Of a stretch of 64,000 bases of DNA, positions 39,991-53,358 are shown one piece after another; the stretch's first letter is position 1, and every line of letters starts with the position of its first letter. The stretch is from Octopus sinensis (lineage: Eukaryota): positions 28,706,001-28,770,000 of the forward strand of contig NC_042998.1 of assembly GCF_006345805.1 (NCBI RefSeq), given 5' to 3'. Position numbers and translations under genes: made by a program. Under the pieces are notes generated by a model. The model was not told the origin of the DNA and made no database searches. It saw only the letters and a list, made by a program, of their open reading frames with translations.

Positions 39991-40193
39991 AGTTAATCCA
40001 AACAAGAAAGCACAAAAAACACAACACGTGAGGACGTGGAACAAATATAGTATTATTGGACGCTCAGGAAAGAAGGGAAGAAGGAGGGTTTAACGTTTCG
40101 AGCGGAGCTCTTCGTCGGAAACATAGGAGAAGGAAAGATCCAGAGAAGGGAAGACAGAGGAAAAAAATCGCCAATGGTACACACGAGGTCACA
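39991..40193 (-). mobile_element. (TA)n-inserted element with minimal hammerhead at 40088-40122
   Basis: GTTT-CCGACGA-A-GAGCtccGCTC-GAAA-CG-TT-AAAC. Confidence 0.75.
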
Positions 40194-40194
40194 T

Positions 40195-40475
40195 TCTGTA
40201 AATGTAATATGTGACAATTATTCGGTAGCCACGATAAAACTCTGAGTTTTGGATGCCAGGGTGGAAATTCATGCCGCCATCTCTTCAGTTATCTGGCCAT
40301 CAGGAAAAATGCTATGAAAATGACTGTTATTCCCTTTGTATAACAGTCATTTTCATAGCATTTTTCCCGATGGCTGGATAACTGAAGAGATGGCAGCGTG
40401 GATTTCCACCTTGGCATCTGAAACTTTGAGTTGTATCATGGCTACCGAATAATTGTCACAAATTACATTTACAGA
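40195..40475. mobile_element. Fold-back mini-element with an HHR on each arm (40233-40293 on -, 40377-40437 on +)
   Basis: Consensus of the two arms: GATAA-CTGAAGA-GATG...CATC-GAAA-CTCaGAG-TT-TTATC; loop at ~40331-40339. Confidence 0.8.
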
Positions 40476-40549
40476 TAAATGCCTCTATTTATATAATATC
40501 TAGGTCTCTTTCATTCTTTTGTTGTCTTACCATTTTTATCAATATATAC

Positions 40550-40581
<32 letters not shown>

Positions 40582-41679
40582 GACAGTCTTCTTTCAGTTT
40601 TTGTCTACCAAATCCACTCACAAGGCTTTGGTTGGCTTGAGGCTACAGTAGAAGACACTTGCCATGCAATGGGACTGAACCCAGAACCATGTGGTTGGGA
40701 AGCAAGCTTCTTGCCACACAGCCACGCCTGCACCTACACTCACTAATAATCACTTCCTACACATGGTAGCATATTATTCAGTTTCTTCATTTATTTTACA
40801 TCTGTTTTTACAGTGTTGGCATGAGTCAGGTGGATACTATTTGAGATAGTATTTTATGAAAAACAACAGATTGGTGACAACCTTAGCTGCTATTGTAATA
40901 AGGAATTTTTCTTTTTATGATCATAACTCAGACAGAAAAGTTCCCTTGGAAAACCTTCATGATGATGGGAAGATGATTTAGTCACAAAATTCAAGTTAAA
41001 ATGGAAAAGAATGGAAAGAAACAAGACAGAATTGAAAGTGCATTGTGATCAGTAGTGTATAACAACACCTGATGGTCTGGCCAACATTGTGATGCTGTGA
41101 TCATGACTATTTGAAGCAGCATTCTGGACCCAGATGCCCTCCTTTGTCAACCCTTACATGTTTTCAGTGAAGGCACTTTATTCTAATGGTCTCAGCATGT
41201 GAAATCATAGAGTGGGGCATTTTGTTGTTTGTGCTTTGAACAACTGTCACTTCCATTTGAACAGTGTCTGTGAGACAAATGGACTGGCGTGTGGAAGTGA
41301 AGCCTTATGGCAGGGACATAGAGGATGTAAGTCATGGGGAGGAATATGAGAGATGTTACATGGATGGTAGTGGAACCAAGAAAGAAAGGTCAGGCTTGGC
41401 CGAACACTGGTCCCATGGAAGGAGAGGAGAGAGGTTGGGGTTAGAGGGATTGAAGAATTAGGGAGGGATAAGAAAGAGAGAAAAAAAAGGAAAGGGACAG
41501 AGTGAGGTAAGAGAGGAAGGAAAGTGATGAGAATGAAGTGAAGGCCAAGAAATGCAAGAGAGGGTGGGAGTGAGAAAAAGAAAAAGTGGAAGGAATGAAG
41601 AAAGTGTGATAGGGGCTAAAGGAAGGATTAAAAGAGGAATACAGAATTTATATTATATATATATATATATATACATACA

Positions 41680-41879
41680 CCGGAGTAAGCACATAAATGT
41701 GAAACAAGGTGGAAAAAAGACTACTCAAATACCAGAGGTAGAGTAATATGCTTTATTTAAAAGCAGCAGAAATATAACAAAAGCTGTTACTCAGTTTCAC
41801 GTTCCTGATCGTTCGACGAACGGGAAAGTGAAACTCTGAGTAACAGCTTTTGTTATATTTCTGCTGCTTTTAAATAAAG
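41680..41879. mobile_element. Second copy of the 390-623 fold-back family
   Basis: Same tail; inverted repeat 41751-41879 folds back inside the HHR core (GACGA-ACGGGAAAGT-GAAA-CTCTGAG-TA-ACAG). Confidence 0.8.
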
Positions 41880-42547
41880 TATATATACATACATACATAC
41901 ATATGTACCTACATACAGGAGACTAAAAGTGTACGTACAATAAATATATATATATATATACACACACATACAAATTCATATAAATATACATGCATATATC
42001 CATTTAACCCTTTAGAATTTAAACTAGGCATATATGGCTCAAATATCCTTACTGGTTTATGTTGAAACCAGTCAGAACTGGTTTCTCATTCTACCCTACA
42101 ATAAACAATCCCATCCTCAAAATGGTGAAGCTATGAGATGATACACGATTAATCTAAACATGTGTGTGACACTTGACAACCGGTGTTGGTGTGTTTACAT
42201 CCCAGTAACTTAGTGGTTTGGCAAAGGAGATTGATAGAATAGGTATCAGGCTTAAAAAATGCACTGGGGTCAATTTGTTCAGCTAAAATTCTTGAAGGTG
42301 GCGTCCTTGTATGGGAGCAGTCTTACAACTGAAACAAGTAAGATATACATATAGGCACAAGAGTGGCTGTGTGGTAAGTAGCTTGCTTACAAACCACATG
42401 ATTCTGGGTTCAGTTCCACTGTGTGGCACCTTGGGCAAGTGTCTTCTACTATAGCCTCGGACCAACCAAAGCCTCGTGAGTGGATTTGGTAGACAGAAAC
42501 TGAAAGAATCCCATCGTGTGTGTGTATATATATATGTATATATATAT

Positions 42548-42709
42548 AAAATTAAATAAGGGTAGAAATTAATATTAATCAATTAAAACCAGTGGCTTAG
42601 TATATTTTTAAAAAATCCGAGGATTAAAAATTGTTTTACATACAAAATTTAGAGGACTGACCACTAAAAGTGGACAGCCTTTTAGTGGTCAGTCCTCTAA
42701 ATTTTGTAT
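42548..42709. mobile_element. Short fold-back element inside the SINE A microsatellite
   Basis: TACAAAATTTAGAGGACTGACCACTAAAAG and its reverse complement at 42641-42709, plus a tail. Confidence 0.7.
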
Positions 42710-45700
42710 ACATACATATATATATAGTGGCATACGTACACTTTCTCTCTCTCTCTGTCTATATATATATATATGTGTGTGTGTGTGTGCTTGTGTGTCT
42801 GTTTTCCCCCACCATTGCTTGACAACTGATGCTGTTGTGTTTATGTTCCTTTCACTTAATGGTTCGCCAAAATAAACTGATCAAATAAGTACTAAGCTTA
42901 CAAACAATAAGTCCTTGGGGTTTATTTGTTCAACTAAAGGTGTTGCTTCAGCATGGCCACAGTCAAACGATTGAACCAAGTAAAAGAAAAAAGGTATGTA
43001 TATATTTGTGCATACACGTACACACACGTGTGTGGACATTGACACTACACCTTACATGGTATGTAAGTGTGGGTCTGTTTGAAAGTAAGTGACTTGGGAG
43101 TTGTTATTTTTTCTCCTTCACAAAAATTTGAATTTATGTTTGGTGAATGTCTAGCTTTAATCTGAATGAAAAGCTTTAGTGGCATCAATTCTGAAACAAG
43201 TCTGAATCACATTGGTGTGTAATGGGATAGGGTTTGCGTGATCAAAAATAAAAAATATTTTTTGCAATATATTAAAGATTAATATTGTGGTAACATTACC
43301 AACATCGCCTTACTGGCACCTGTGCTGGTGGCATATGTAAAAAGATTCAAGCGAGGTCATTGCCAGTACCAACTGACTGGCCCCCATGCCGATGGCACGT
43401 AAAAAGCACGTACTACACTCTCGAAGTGGTTGGCATTAGGAAGGTCATCCAGCTGTAGAAACTCTGCCAAATCAAGATTGGAGCCTGGTGCGGCCGTCTG
43501 GTTCGCCAGCCCTCAGTCAAAATCGTCCAACCCATGCTAGCATGGAAATCGGATATTAAACAATGATGATGATGATGTAACTAAAATCCTTGCCAACTCT
43601 TGGGAAAAAGAGTGGTGAGTATGAGGGTTTTAAATTCGTACAATAGGAAGCATAACATCAATGAAATACAGCCATCAGCACCTCAAGTAGCATTATGAAC
43701 AATATCTTTCAACAGCAGATATCTAATGCTTCAGTATCAAAGAACACAGCTATAATAACCGAACACACACGTTTTGAACAGCAGCCACTATGTACAAACA
43801 TTTTAGAATAGTGTAAAGAGACATACAAGTCAGTTGGGTATTGTATTGGAGGAGATTTCAATTAGATATATTAATGTTGATCTTATTCTTTTCTACGATA
43901 TTGTGATTTAACAGCATTATCCTTAAAAAGTAAATATATTTGCTCGGAGGCTCCTACTGAGGCTAGTCTGAAGCATAGAATTTGATTAACTTATTGAATC
44001 GGTTTGCTTTCCTTTCACCTAAGTATTCACCGTTTCCTAGATGTAATGAATAGCCTGGTGAGAAGTTCCAGCAGAGTGAGTCGACATACTACTACTACTA
44101 CTAATACTACTACTACTACTACTACAAAGAGAGAACTTCTCTACCAATAAACCAATGCTCCATTAAAAGCAACAGCACATTTCCATCCATCCATTCGTAT
44201 TTGTTAGCAATGGGAATCGTTGTGGTTTTATCTGTAAGTATGTTTTGTTACCGCATACCGTGACTGGTTAATGTTTTATCAATTGTCTATCTTGTGTGTT
44301 TTAGAAGGAACGATATACAAAGTAACACAAAGTAACACAAAGTAACAATCTGCATGGAAAATATGTGGTTTCTCATTATTCTATTTTGTTCGTGCATTTG
44401 CTCTTTGATGGGTTAAAGCCACTGGATGGCAGCAATGCATGGGACACGGTCTTTTATATCTTTTGGTGGTTTTAATCATTAGACTGCAGCCAAGCTGAGG
44501 CACTGCCTTAAAGTATTTTAGCCAAACAAATCGACCCCACCCCCGCCCCACCACCCAGTACATATTGTCTTCTTTTAAGCCTGGTACTTATTCTATCAGT
44601 GTCTATTGCTGAACTGCTAAGTTATGGAGGTGTGAACACTCCAACGCTAGTTGTCAAGTGATGGTCGGACACACAGATACACACATATATGACAGGCTTT
44701 TTTCAGTTATCACCGACCAAATTCGCTCGCAGGGCTTTGGTCAGCCCTAAGCTATAGAAGAAGACACTTGCCCAAGGTGCCATGCAGTAGGATTGAACCC
44801 AGAACATGTGGCTGGAAAGCAAACTTCTTACCACACAACCACACCTGAACCTATGACTCACCACACCGGTACCAACGTTCAAATGTTCTTTTGTTGATTA
44901 TAATGTCTCCAATATTTAGCTGGTACTTATTTCTTGTGAGCAAATGCATGGCTCAGTGGTTAGGGTGTTACATTCATGATCGTAAGATTGTGGTTTCAGT
45001 CCCTAGATCTGGCAATGTGTGGTGCTTTTGAGTCAAACATTTCCTTTTATAATGCTCCATCCTCTCAGTTGGCAAAAATGAGCAATTGTACGACAGACCA
45101 GCATCCCCCACTGGGTGGGGAATATACACACTACAGAATCTGAGAAACTAGCCTTTTAATTCTATGACTCAGAAAGGACCCTTGATCCTTTGATCTTTCT
45201 GATTTATTTACTCTTACTCTCTTTTTTACTCTTTTAATTGTTTCAGTCATTTGACTGCGGCCATGCTGGAGCACCGCCTTTAGTCGAGCAACTCGACCCC
45301 GGGACTTATTCTTTGTAAGCCCAGTACTTATTCTCTTGGTCTCTTTTTGCCGAACCGCTAAGTGACGGGGACATAAACACACCAGCAATGCTAGGGGGAC
45401 AGACACAGACACACAAACACGCACACACATATATATATACATATATACGACGGGCTTCTTTCAGTTTCCGTCTACCAAATCCACTCACAAGGCTTTGGTC
45501 GGCCCGAGGCTATAGTAGAAGACACTTGCCCAAGGTGCCACGCAGTGGGACTGAACCCGGAACCATGTGGTTGGTAGGCAAGCTACTTACCACACAGCCA
45601 CCCCTGCGCCTATTTGTTGGGATTCTAAGATAATTCCTGTGGTATGAGGTGCATTCCAGAAGTTTGCAAACTTTTCCAGAAGTGGCTGTTATAACTGATT

Positions 45701-45900
45701 TAAATCAGAGTAATTTTTGTATATTGTTACTAAACATCAAATAAGCTGACTTACCAAATTTTCTTACTCCAGGCTGAAGGAGATGGCTCTAGCACACACT
45801 TTGAACACACCCTACTAATCATTGCTTGTCACAGCTAACTCATTTGCAGAATGCAGTTGAAAGATTTGGAAGTGGGTTTTGCAATAAAACTGTGTGTTAA

Positions 45901-46607
45901 CCCTTTCGTTACCAATCCAACTGAAACCACCTCTGGCTCTGTATTACAAATGTCTTGTTTTCAAAAGTTCTGAATTAAAATCTTCCACCAGACCTTAGTC
46001 ACAATTTATGTACCTAAGACTAGCTTAATGATGACTAAGTTATTTTACTAAATTCTTTGTTACATTTAAAATGAATTGAAAGAAACACAGAACATCTCAA
46101 CAGAAATATGGTAACAAAAGGGTTAAAAAATGATCAATTTAAACCCTTTTGATACCAACCCACTTGAAACCACCTTAGGTTCTGTAGTACAAATGTCCTA
46201 TTTTCATAGGTTTTGAATTAAAATCTTGCACCAAACCTTAGTCACAATTTATGTTCCTGACACTAGCTTAATGATAACTAAGTTATTTTACTAAGTTCTT
46301 TGTTATATTTAAAATTAATTGAAAGAAACATTGAACATCTCAACAGAAATATGGTAACAAAAGGGTTAAAAAATGATTAATTTGACCCTTTCATTTCCAA
46401 CCCAGTTGAAACTGCTTCTGGCTCTGTAGTAGAAATGTCTTGTTTTCATAAGTCCTGAATTAAAATCTTCCACCAAACCTTAGTCGCAATTTATGTTCCT
46501 AACACTAGCTGAATGATAAATAAGTTATTTTACTAAATTCTTTGTTATACTTAAAATTAATTGAAAGAAACACAGAGCATCTCAACAGAAATATGCTAAC
46601 AAAAGGA
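45901..46607. mobile_element. Three tandem piggyBac-type MITEs (~222 bp each)
   Basis: TTAA-CCCTTTCGTTACCA...TGGTAACAAAAGGG-TTAA; copies at 45901-46122, 46144-46365 and 46386-46607. Confidence 0.85.
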
Positions 46608-46810
46608 TTAAACTGGACAAAAATGAAACAGAAACTTATGAAATGCTCCAAACTTCTCTTTGCTGGCACACGAGTTTCAAAAGTGGAAGAGAGGAGGTGA
46701 GAGATGATGAAAGGTGTGGGAAGGAGAGGCACATCAGAACATAAGAGCTGATTGAGGTAATCTGCTTTTCTGAATGAAGGCTGTTGTGTATCTTTAAAAA
46801 CAATACGCAT

Positions 46811-46998
46811 GCATTATTTACGTTATTTACATTTGACGGATATGTATCCTCATCTTGTTTGTTGTTACCACAACGTTTCAGCTGATTTACTCTCCAGCCT
46901 TCATCAGGTGTCCAGGTGGAATTTTGAACCCAACCCTGGATTCTAATTCCTAAGGTATTTTTTGCTGATGTTATTATTATTATTATTATTATTATTAT
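46811..46998 (-). mobile_element. Family H fragment with intact HHR core (46867-46912)
   Basis: GACAC-CTGATGA-AGGCTG...CAGCT-GAAA-CG-TT-GTGGT. Confidence 0.75.
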
Positions 46999-49948
46999 GG
47001 CGAGCTGGCAGAATCGGTAACACACCGGGAGAAATGCTTAGCAGTATTTTGTCTGCCTCTACATTCTGTGTTCAAATTCTGCCGAGGCTGACTTTGCCTT
47101 TCATCCTTTCGAGGATAAGTACCAGATATGCACTGGGGTTGATGTAATCGATTGAATCCCCTCCCCCATTAATTTTTCCCTGGTCTGGTGGTACGTAAAA
47201 AGCACTATCCGACTCATGGCCGATGCCAGCACCGCCTCGACTGGCTTCCGTGCTGGTGGCACATGAAATACACCAATCCGACCGTGGCCGTTGCCAGCCT
47301 CACCTGGCACCTGTGCAGGTGGCACACAAAAAGCACCCACTACACTCACGGAGTGGTTGGCGTTAGGAAGGGCATCCAGCTGTAGAAACATTGCCAGATA
47401 AGACTGGAGCCTGGTGCAGCCTTCTGGCTTCCCAGATCCCCGGTCGAACCGTCCAACCCATGCTAGCATGGAGAACGGACGTTAAACGATGATGATGATC
47501 ATCATCATCATTGCATGCTCGAAAGCGGGGTCACCATCTTGTATTTAAATGACAAGAAAACAAGAATTTGTAAGACGTTCATAAGTCATAACATATTTAT
47601 GACTGGATGTAATGCGTTAACATATAAGGTTAATTGAAGGAAAAGGTTTGTAACATCACATGAACATATTTTGCAACCATGTCTCAAAGCAAATAAGGCA
47701 AACATCGCACGTGCAGGTGTATATGTGAGTGGCATGACTCAATGCATGTCTAGCAACTGACAAGCAAGAGTGTCACGAAATTAGAAATGTGTTCTTTTAT
47801 ATAAGAGATGAACTGGAAGTCCTTGTCTTCCACGTCATCCGGAAGTTAATTGGAAGCTTCTAGAATGTTTCAGAATTTTTGAGATGATCGAGGGAGATTA
47901 CTCTCATTAGATTCCTTTTTCATTTTGCTTTCCTACTTGAATGCCAGCGGTCACTACAGGGGCCTTCATAAATTGGTTGTAGCACTACAACAAGTGTATC
48001 AAAATCAAAGGGTCCCACTTTGAAGGAGATTAGAGTTTTGTACTTCTTTGAAATTGATATCTCACCTGAAAATGTCTGGAAACTTCTGGAATGCCACTTG
48101 TAACTAAGTCTATACATTTTAGAAATAAATACACTTTAAAATGTGAATTATTGATGTCTATAAGTCTGTAGATCTGGCAATCTTGTATTGTGTGGCTGTT
48201 GCCACTGGTCAGTGAAGGACTTTGTCTTGAAACAGCACATACATAATGCTGCTTCCCATAATACCACAAAACATTTTGTCTGATAATCAACTATAGGCAT
48301 AGGAGTGGCTGTGTGGTAAGTAGCTTGCTTACGAACCACATGGTTCTGGATTCAGCCCCACAGCGTGTCACCTTGGGCAAGTGTCTTTTACTATAGCCTC
48401 AGGCCGACGAAAGCCTTGTTAGTGGATTTGGTAGATAGAAACTGGAAGAAGCCTGTCGTTTTTATGTATATATATGTATGTGTGTGTATGTTTGTGTGTT
48501 TGTGTTTGTCCCCCCAACATTGCTTGACAACCGATGCTGGTGTGTTTACGTCCTCGTAACTTAGCAGTTTGGCTAAAGAGAATAATAGAATAGGTACTAG
48601 GCTTACAAAGAATAAGTCCTGGGGTCGATTTGCTCGACTGAAGGTGGTGCTCCAGCATGGCCACAGTCAAATGACTGAAACAAGTAAAAGAATAAAAGAA
48701 TCTATTATCTTCATTTAAAACTTCCATGTTTAGATGAAAGTAGATTAGAGAATCACATAAGATTTACATAAATCACTAGGGTTAATGATCTTAGATAGCC
48801 TTTTAAATGCAAAGTACACAACCATGAATTATGAGAAGTAATTAACTTTTCTTGTAAGTAGGTTGATGTAAGAAGAGTATCCTAGAATTCTTGTAATTTT
48901 ACAACTAATTAAACTGAACTGATTAGAGACTGTTCCAGAAATACATCTTTCCAACCAAATAAATTAAAGTGGTGTTTCTAACAATGTAACACTCGTCAAT
49001 ACAGTTCCTCCTCATCTCAACGTGATAATTCAATTCCACAAAGAGGCAGATGTATTGTAATGGTAGATGACTAAATTACAGACAGTTTATTAGTTTTATG
49101 TCTAGACTCGACTGATAGATAAAATCTGACTACAAAGACTATTTTTAAAGTCTAAAACTTAAACGAAAATATCAGATCATATTAAATAGAAATATACAGT
49201 TTCTGAGCAGTTTAATATACTATTGTACATACATAGTCACACGAATGAATGCCAAGAACTTATTTTTCTAGAAACAAGCGCTCTCTTTGCAAATTATCTA
49301 TTTACCTGTGATGCAAATATGACACCAGTTTTTTTTCCCTTTTCCTCGTTAATGTTTCAAAATCAAATTAAGTATTGTATTTCTTTAAAATAATTTGTGC
49401 AATTTGAGATATTTCTTCAGGTTAACAGCTTTCTTTCTAAGTCAAAAATTATACCTTTTTTTTTTTCATAATATTTTCAGAGTCCAAAATTATTTGTTTT
49501 CAGAAGACAATGCATCAACTGAACACTTAGTTTTATTGAATATTGATGATTTATTTATAGATAGAATTAATTTTTTTTTTGATTCCTCAATTTATTTTAA
49601 CTTTTTCACCCTGAAACTATTTTCCTACAATGTCATATTTTTCTTCTTTTATTATTTCATATCTAGATTTCATTACAAGCATGGGTCTTTGCAAATTTGC
49701 AAATTCTTGCTTAGAATTTTGGAACAACAAATATTGTAGTTGTAGATTCCTACCAGTCAGCTTCAAAGTACAAACGACATCAGTTGTTAATTAATTTGTG
49801 TGTTAAGTACTTATCTTAAAATCATTGCATCATAGCTGTAATGTCTGGATTGGCTGTGTGGTAAGTAGCTAGCTTCCCAACCACAAGATCCCAGGTTCAG
49901 ATATATTTAAGATTGCCCTTAACATTTATGTATAAGTTCCATCCACAC

Positions 49949-50095
49949 TATTTACATTATTTACATTTGACGGATATTTGTCCTCATCTTGTTTGTTGTT
50001 AACACAATGTTTTGGCTGATATACCCTCCAGCTTTCATCAGATGTCTTGGAGAAATTTCGAACCTGGGTTCTCATTCCTAAGATATTTTTTGATG

Positions 50096-50136
<41 letters not shown>

Positions 50137-50327
50137 TTCATTGCCTGGAATTGAACTCGGAATCTTGGGGTTAGTAGCCCATACTCTTAACCACTATGCC
50201 ATAATAATAATATGAAGACTGGAGGGTATATCAGCTGAAATGTTATCTTAGCTACAAACAAGATGAGGACAAATACCCATCAAATGTAAATAATGTAAAT
50301 AATTCCTCATCTCTTGAATATAGAACT
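49949..50327. mobile_element. Family H fold-back insertion
   Basis: Minus-strand body and tRNA head, then a plus-strand 3' part ending TCTTGAATATAGAAC. Confidence 0.8.
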
Positions 50328-50529
50328 TGAATTCTATATCTAACTTGAATTCTAGATATTTGGTAATTGTATTGTTACCACAATGATCACATAAACAGAG
50401 GTTGTTTTAAAATACCATAATACAATACTGAACTTGATATTAAAAATTAAAATGAATTTAAGATATGTGGTGGGGGGTGGAATCATGTTATCATCCAATA
50501 ATCTTCTCTAATTCTGTTTCTGGAATCAA

Positions 50530-50952
50530 GTTCCTCTTTTCTTTATTTCCTTCCTTCCTTTCTCTCTTTCTTTCTCTCTTTTTCTTTCTTTCTTCCTTCT
50601 TTCTTTCTTCTTTCTTCTTCTTCTTCTTCCCCTCCTTCTTCCTCTCCTTCTTCTTCTTCCTCTCCTTCTTCTTCCTCTCCTTCTTCTCCCTCTCCTTCTT
50701 CTTCTTCTTCTTCTTCTCCTTCTTCTTCCGCTATTTGTCAAAATTCATTATTTGTCTCTTTCTCTATTCTTCCTTCGGACTTTGTCTTTTCAGAGGCTGT
50801 TTTATACTGAAATTCTTCCATTTGCTGCTCTGCTTGCTCACTCCACATGATCTGCTTCTTGTTATCTTCCTACATTCCTTTTACCATTTCCCCAGCTTCA
50901 CTTTCTTCCTCAAACATCACACTTCTACCTCAACTACTCATAGTCATTCTTG

Positions 50953-50998
<46 letters not shown>

Positions 50999-51016
50999 TC
51001 TCCCTCTCTCTCTCTC
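50530..51016. repeat. Polypyrimidine (CTT/CCT)n and (CT)n tracts
   Basis: Tracts at 50530-50730 and 50953-51016. Confidence 0.9.
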
Positions 51017-52940
51017 CACATCCAATTCACAACATTACATTTTCACTTTCTCTTTTCTTATTCAGTTTTCTGAAACCAGTTGCAATTAGCCTGAATGATT
51101 TTTCCTCTCTGAAGGAGTTCAAGAGTCTGAAGAATTGCATTTTTCACTCCTTGTGGTAAATCAATTCACCATAATTTGTTGCATCTAATTTTTTTTTCCT
51201 CAGCTAACTTTTCCAGATTCTGATGTTTTATTTTTGTGTTCTTTCATCTTTTATCTTTTATTGTTTACTTGTTTCTATCATTTGGCTGTGACCATACTGG
51301 GGCTTTGCCTTCAAGAATTTTTTTAGTCGAATTTATCAAACCCTATATGTATTACTTTAAGCCTGTTACTTATTCTATCAGGTTTTTTTTTCCCTGAAAT
51401 ATAAACAAGGCTCAGATGTGGCTGTATGGTAAGAAGGTTGCTTACCAACCACATGGTTCTGGGTTCAGTCCCACTGTGCAGCACCTTGAGCAAGTGTCTT
51501 CTACTATAGCCTCAGGCTGATCAAAGCCTTGTGAGTGGATTTGGTAGACAGAAACTGAAAGAAGCCTGTTGTCATCATCATCATCATCGTTTAACATCCA
51601 CTTTCCATGCTATCAAGGGTTGGACGATTTGACTGAGGACTGGTGAGCCAGATGGCTGCACCAGACTCCAATCTGATATGGCAGAGCTTCTACAGCTGGA
51701 TGCCATTCCTAATGCCAACCACTCCGAAAGTGTAGTGGGTGCTTTTACGTGCCACTGGCAGAAGAGCCAGTCAGGTGGTAGTGACAATGGCCATGTTCAA
51801 ATGGTGTTATTTACATATCACCTGCACAGTAGCCAGTCCAACGGCACTGGCAATGACCTCACTCATGTGTGTATATATATATATATGTATGTGTGTATGT
51901 GTGTCTATGTTTGTATCCTCACCATCATTTGGCAACTGATGTTGGTGAGTTTACGTGTGTGTAACTTAGCAGTTTGACAAAAGAGAATAATAGAATAAGT
52001 ACTAGGCTTACAAGGAATAAGTCTTGGGTCAACTTGTTCGACTAAAGGTTGTGCTCCAGCATGGCCATAGTCAAATGACTGAAACAAGAATAAAATAAAG
52101 AAGCCAACACTGGGTATCAAGCAGTGGTGGGGACACAGACACATGTATGACAGGCTTCTTTCAGTCTCTGTCTACAAAATCCACTGACAAGGCTTTGGTC
52201 AGCCTGAGGCTATAATGGAAGACATTTGCCCAAAGTGACATGCAGTGGGACTGAACCTGGGACCTTGTTAAGAAGTAAACTTTCTACCACACCACCACAC
52301 CTTCAAATCATCATTATCGTTTAACATCCGAGAATGTAGTGGGTACTTTTTAAGTGCATCATTAATTTTTTTTTTTTAAATGTGAATAAACAAGTGTTAC
52401 ATTTGACAGGAATCTAAAGGGTTAAAAAAAACACATTGGATTTTGTGACACTAGATTCATTGTATCCTGAAAAAATGTTAAATGGTGAAATGGTCATGGC
52501 AGGAATTCTTTTTAATCAAACAATCTGCATCGACCATGTTCGGATGGTAATTTTTACATGTCACCTGCACGGGGAGCCAGTCAGGCGGCACTGGCAATGA
52601 CCCACGCATGAATGGTGCTTATTGCATGCCACCAGCACGGGAACCAGTCAGGCAGCACTGGCATTGGCCACAACTATAATTTCCATTAGAAGAATTCATT
52701 AAAAATATTTATTAATGTGATGATGTGGAAGATCACTGCAGAGAGCTTTTTACAAATTGATTGACACAAAACCTAACTAGCTATCAAAATTTTGAAGCAT
52801 AATCAAACTTCTAATTTAATTAAAATTAAGTTTGTTTTTAATTTTCTTTCAATTGAGTAAGTACCAGTAATATAAGAAGAGTCAACAGTAGCAAGGTAAA
52901 ATCAGTCAACGCTGGTTTAAAGGCTATATAACACCATAGA

Positions 52941-53177
52941 GTTCTATAATTAAGAGATGAGGAATTATGTACGTTATTTACATTTGACGGATATTTGTCC
53001 TAATCTTGTTTGTTGTTAACACAACGTTTCAGCTGTCATACCCACCAGCCTTCATCAGGTGTCTTGGGGAAATTTTGAACCTGGGTTCCCATTCCTAAGG
53101 TATTTTTCTATGTTGTTATTATTATTATTATTATTATTGTTATTGTTATTATTATTATTATTATTCCAGGCAGTGAA

Positions 53178-53211
<34 letters not shown>

Positions 53212-53358
53212 TCGAAAAATACTTTAGGAATGAGAACTCAGGTTTGAAATTTCCTCAAGACACCTGATGAAGGCTGGAGGGTATATCAGCTGAAACGTTG
53301 TGTTAACAACAAACAAGATGAGGACAAATATCTGTCAAATGTAAATAATGTAAATAAT
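52941..53358. mobile_element. Family H fold-back with intact HHRs on both strands (53018-53063 on -, 53259-53304 on +)
   Basis: GACAC-CTGATGA-A-GGCTG..CAGCT-GAAA-CG-TT-GTGTT on each arm; unpaired tail at 52941-52963. Confidence 0.85.

Noticed and set aside
50465-51089. Phe/Ser-rich and Arg-rich ORFs
   Set aside because: Translations of polypyrimidine simple repeats
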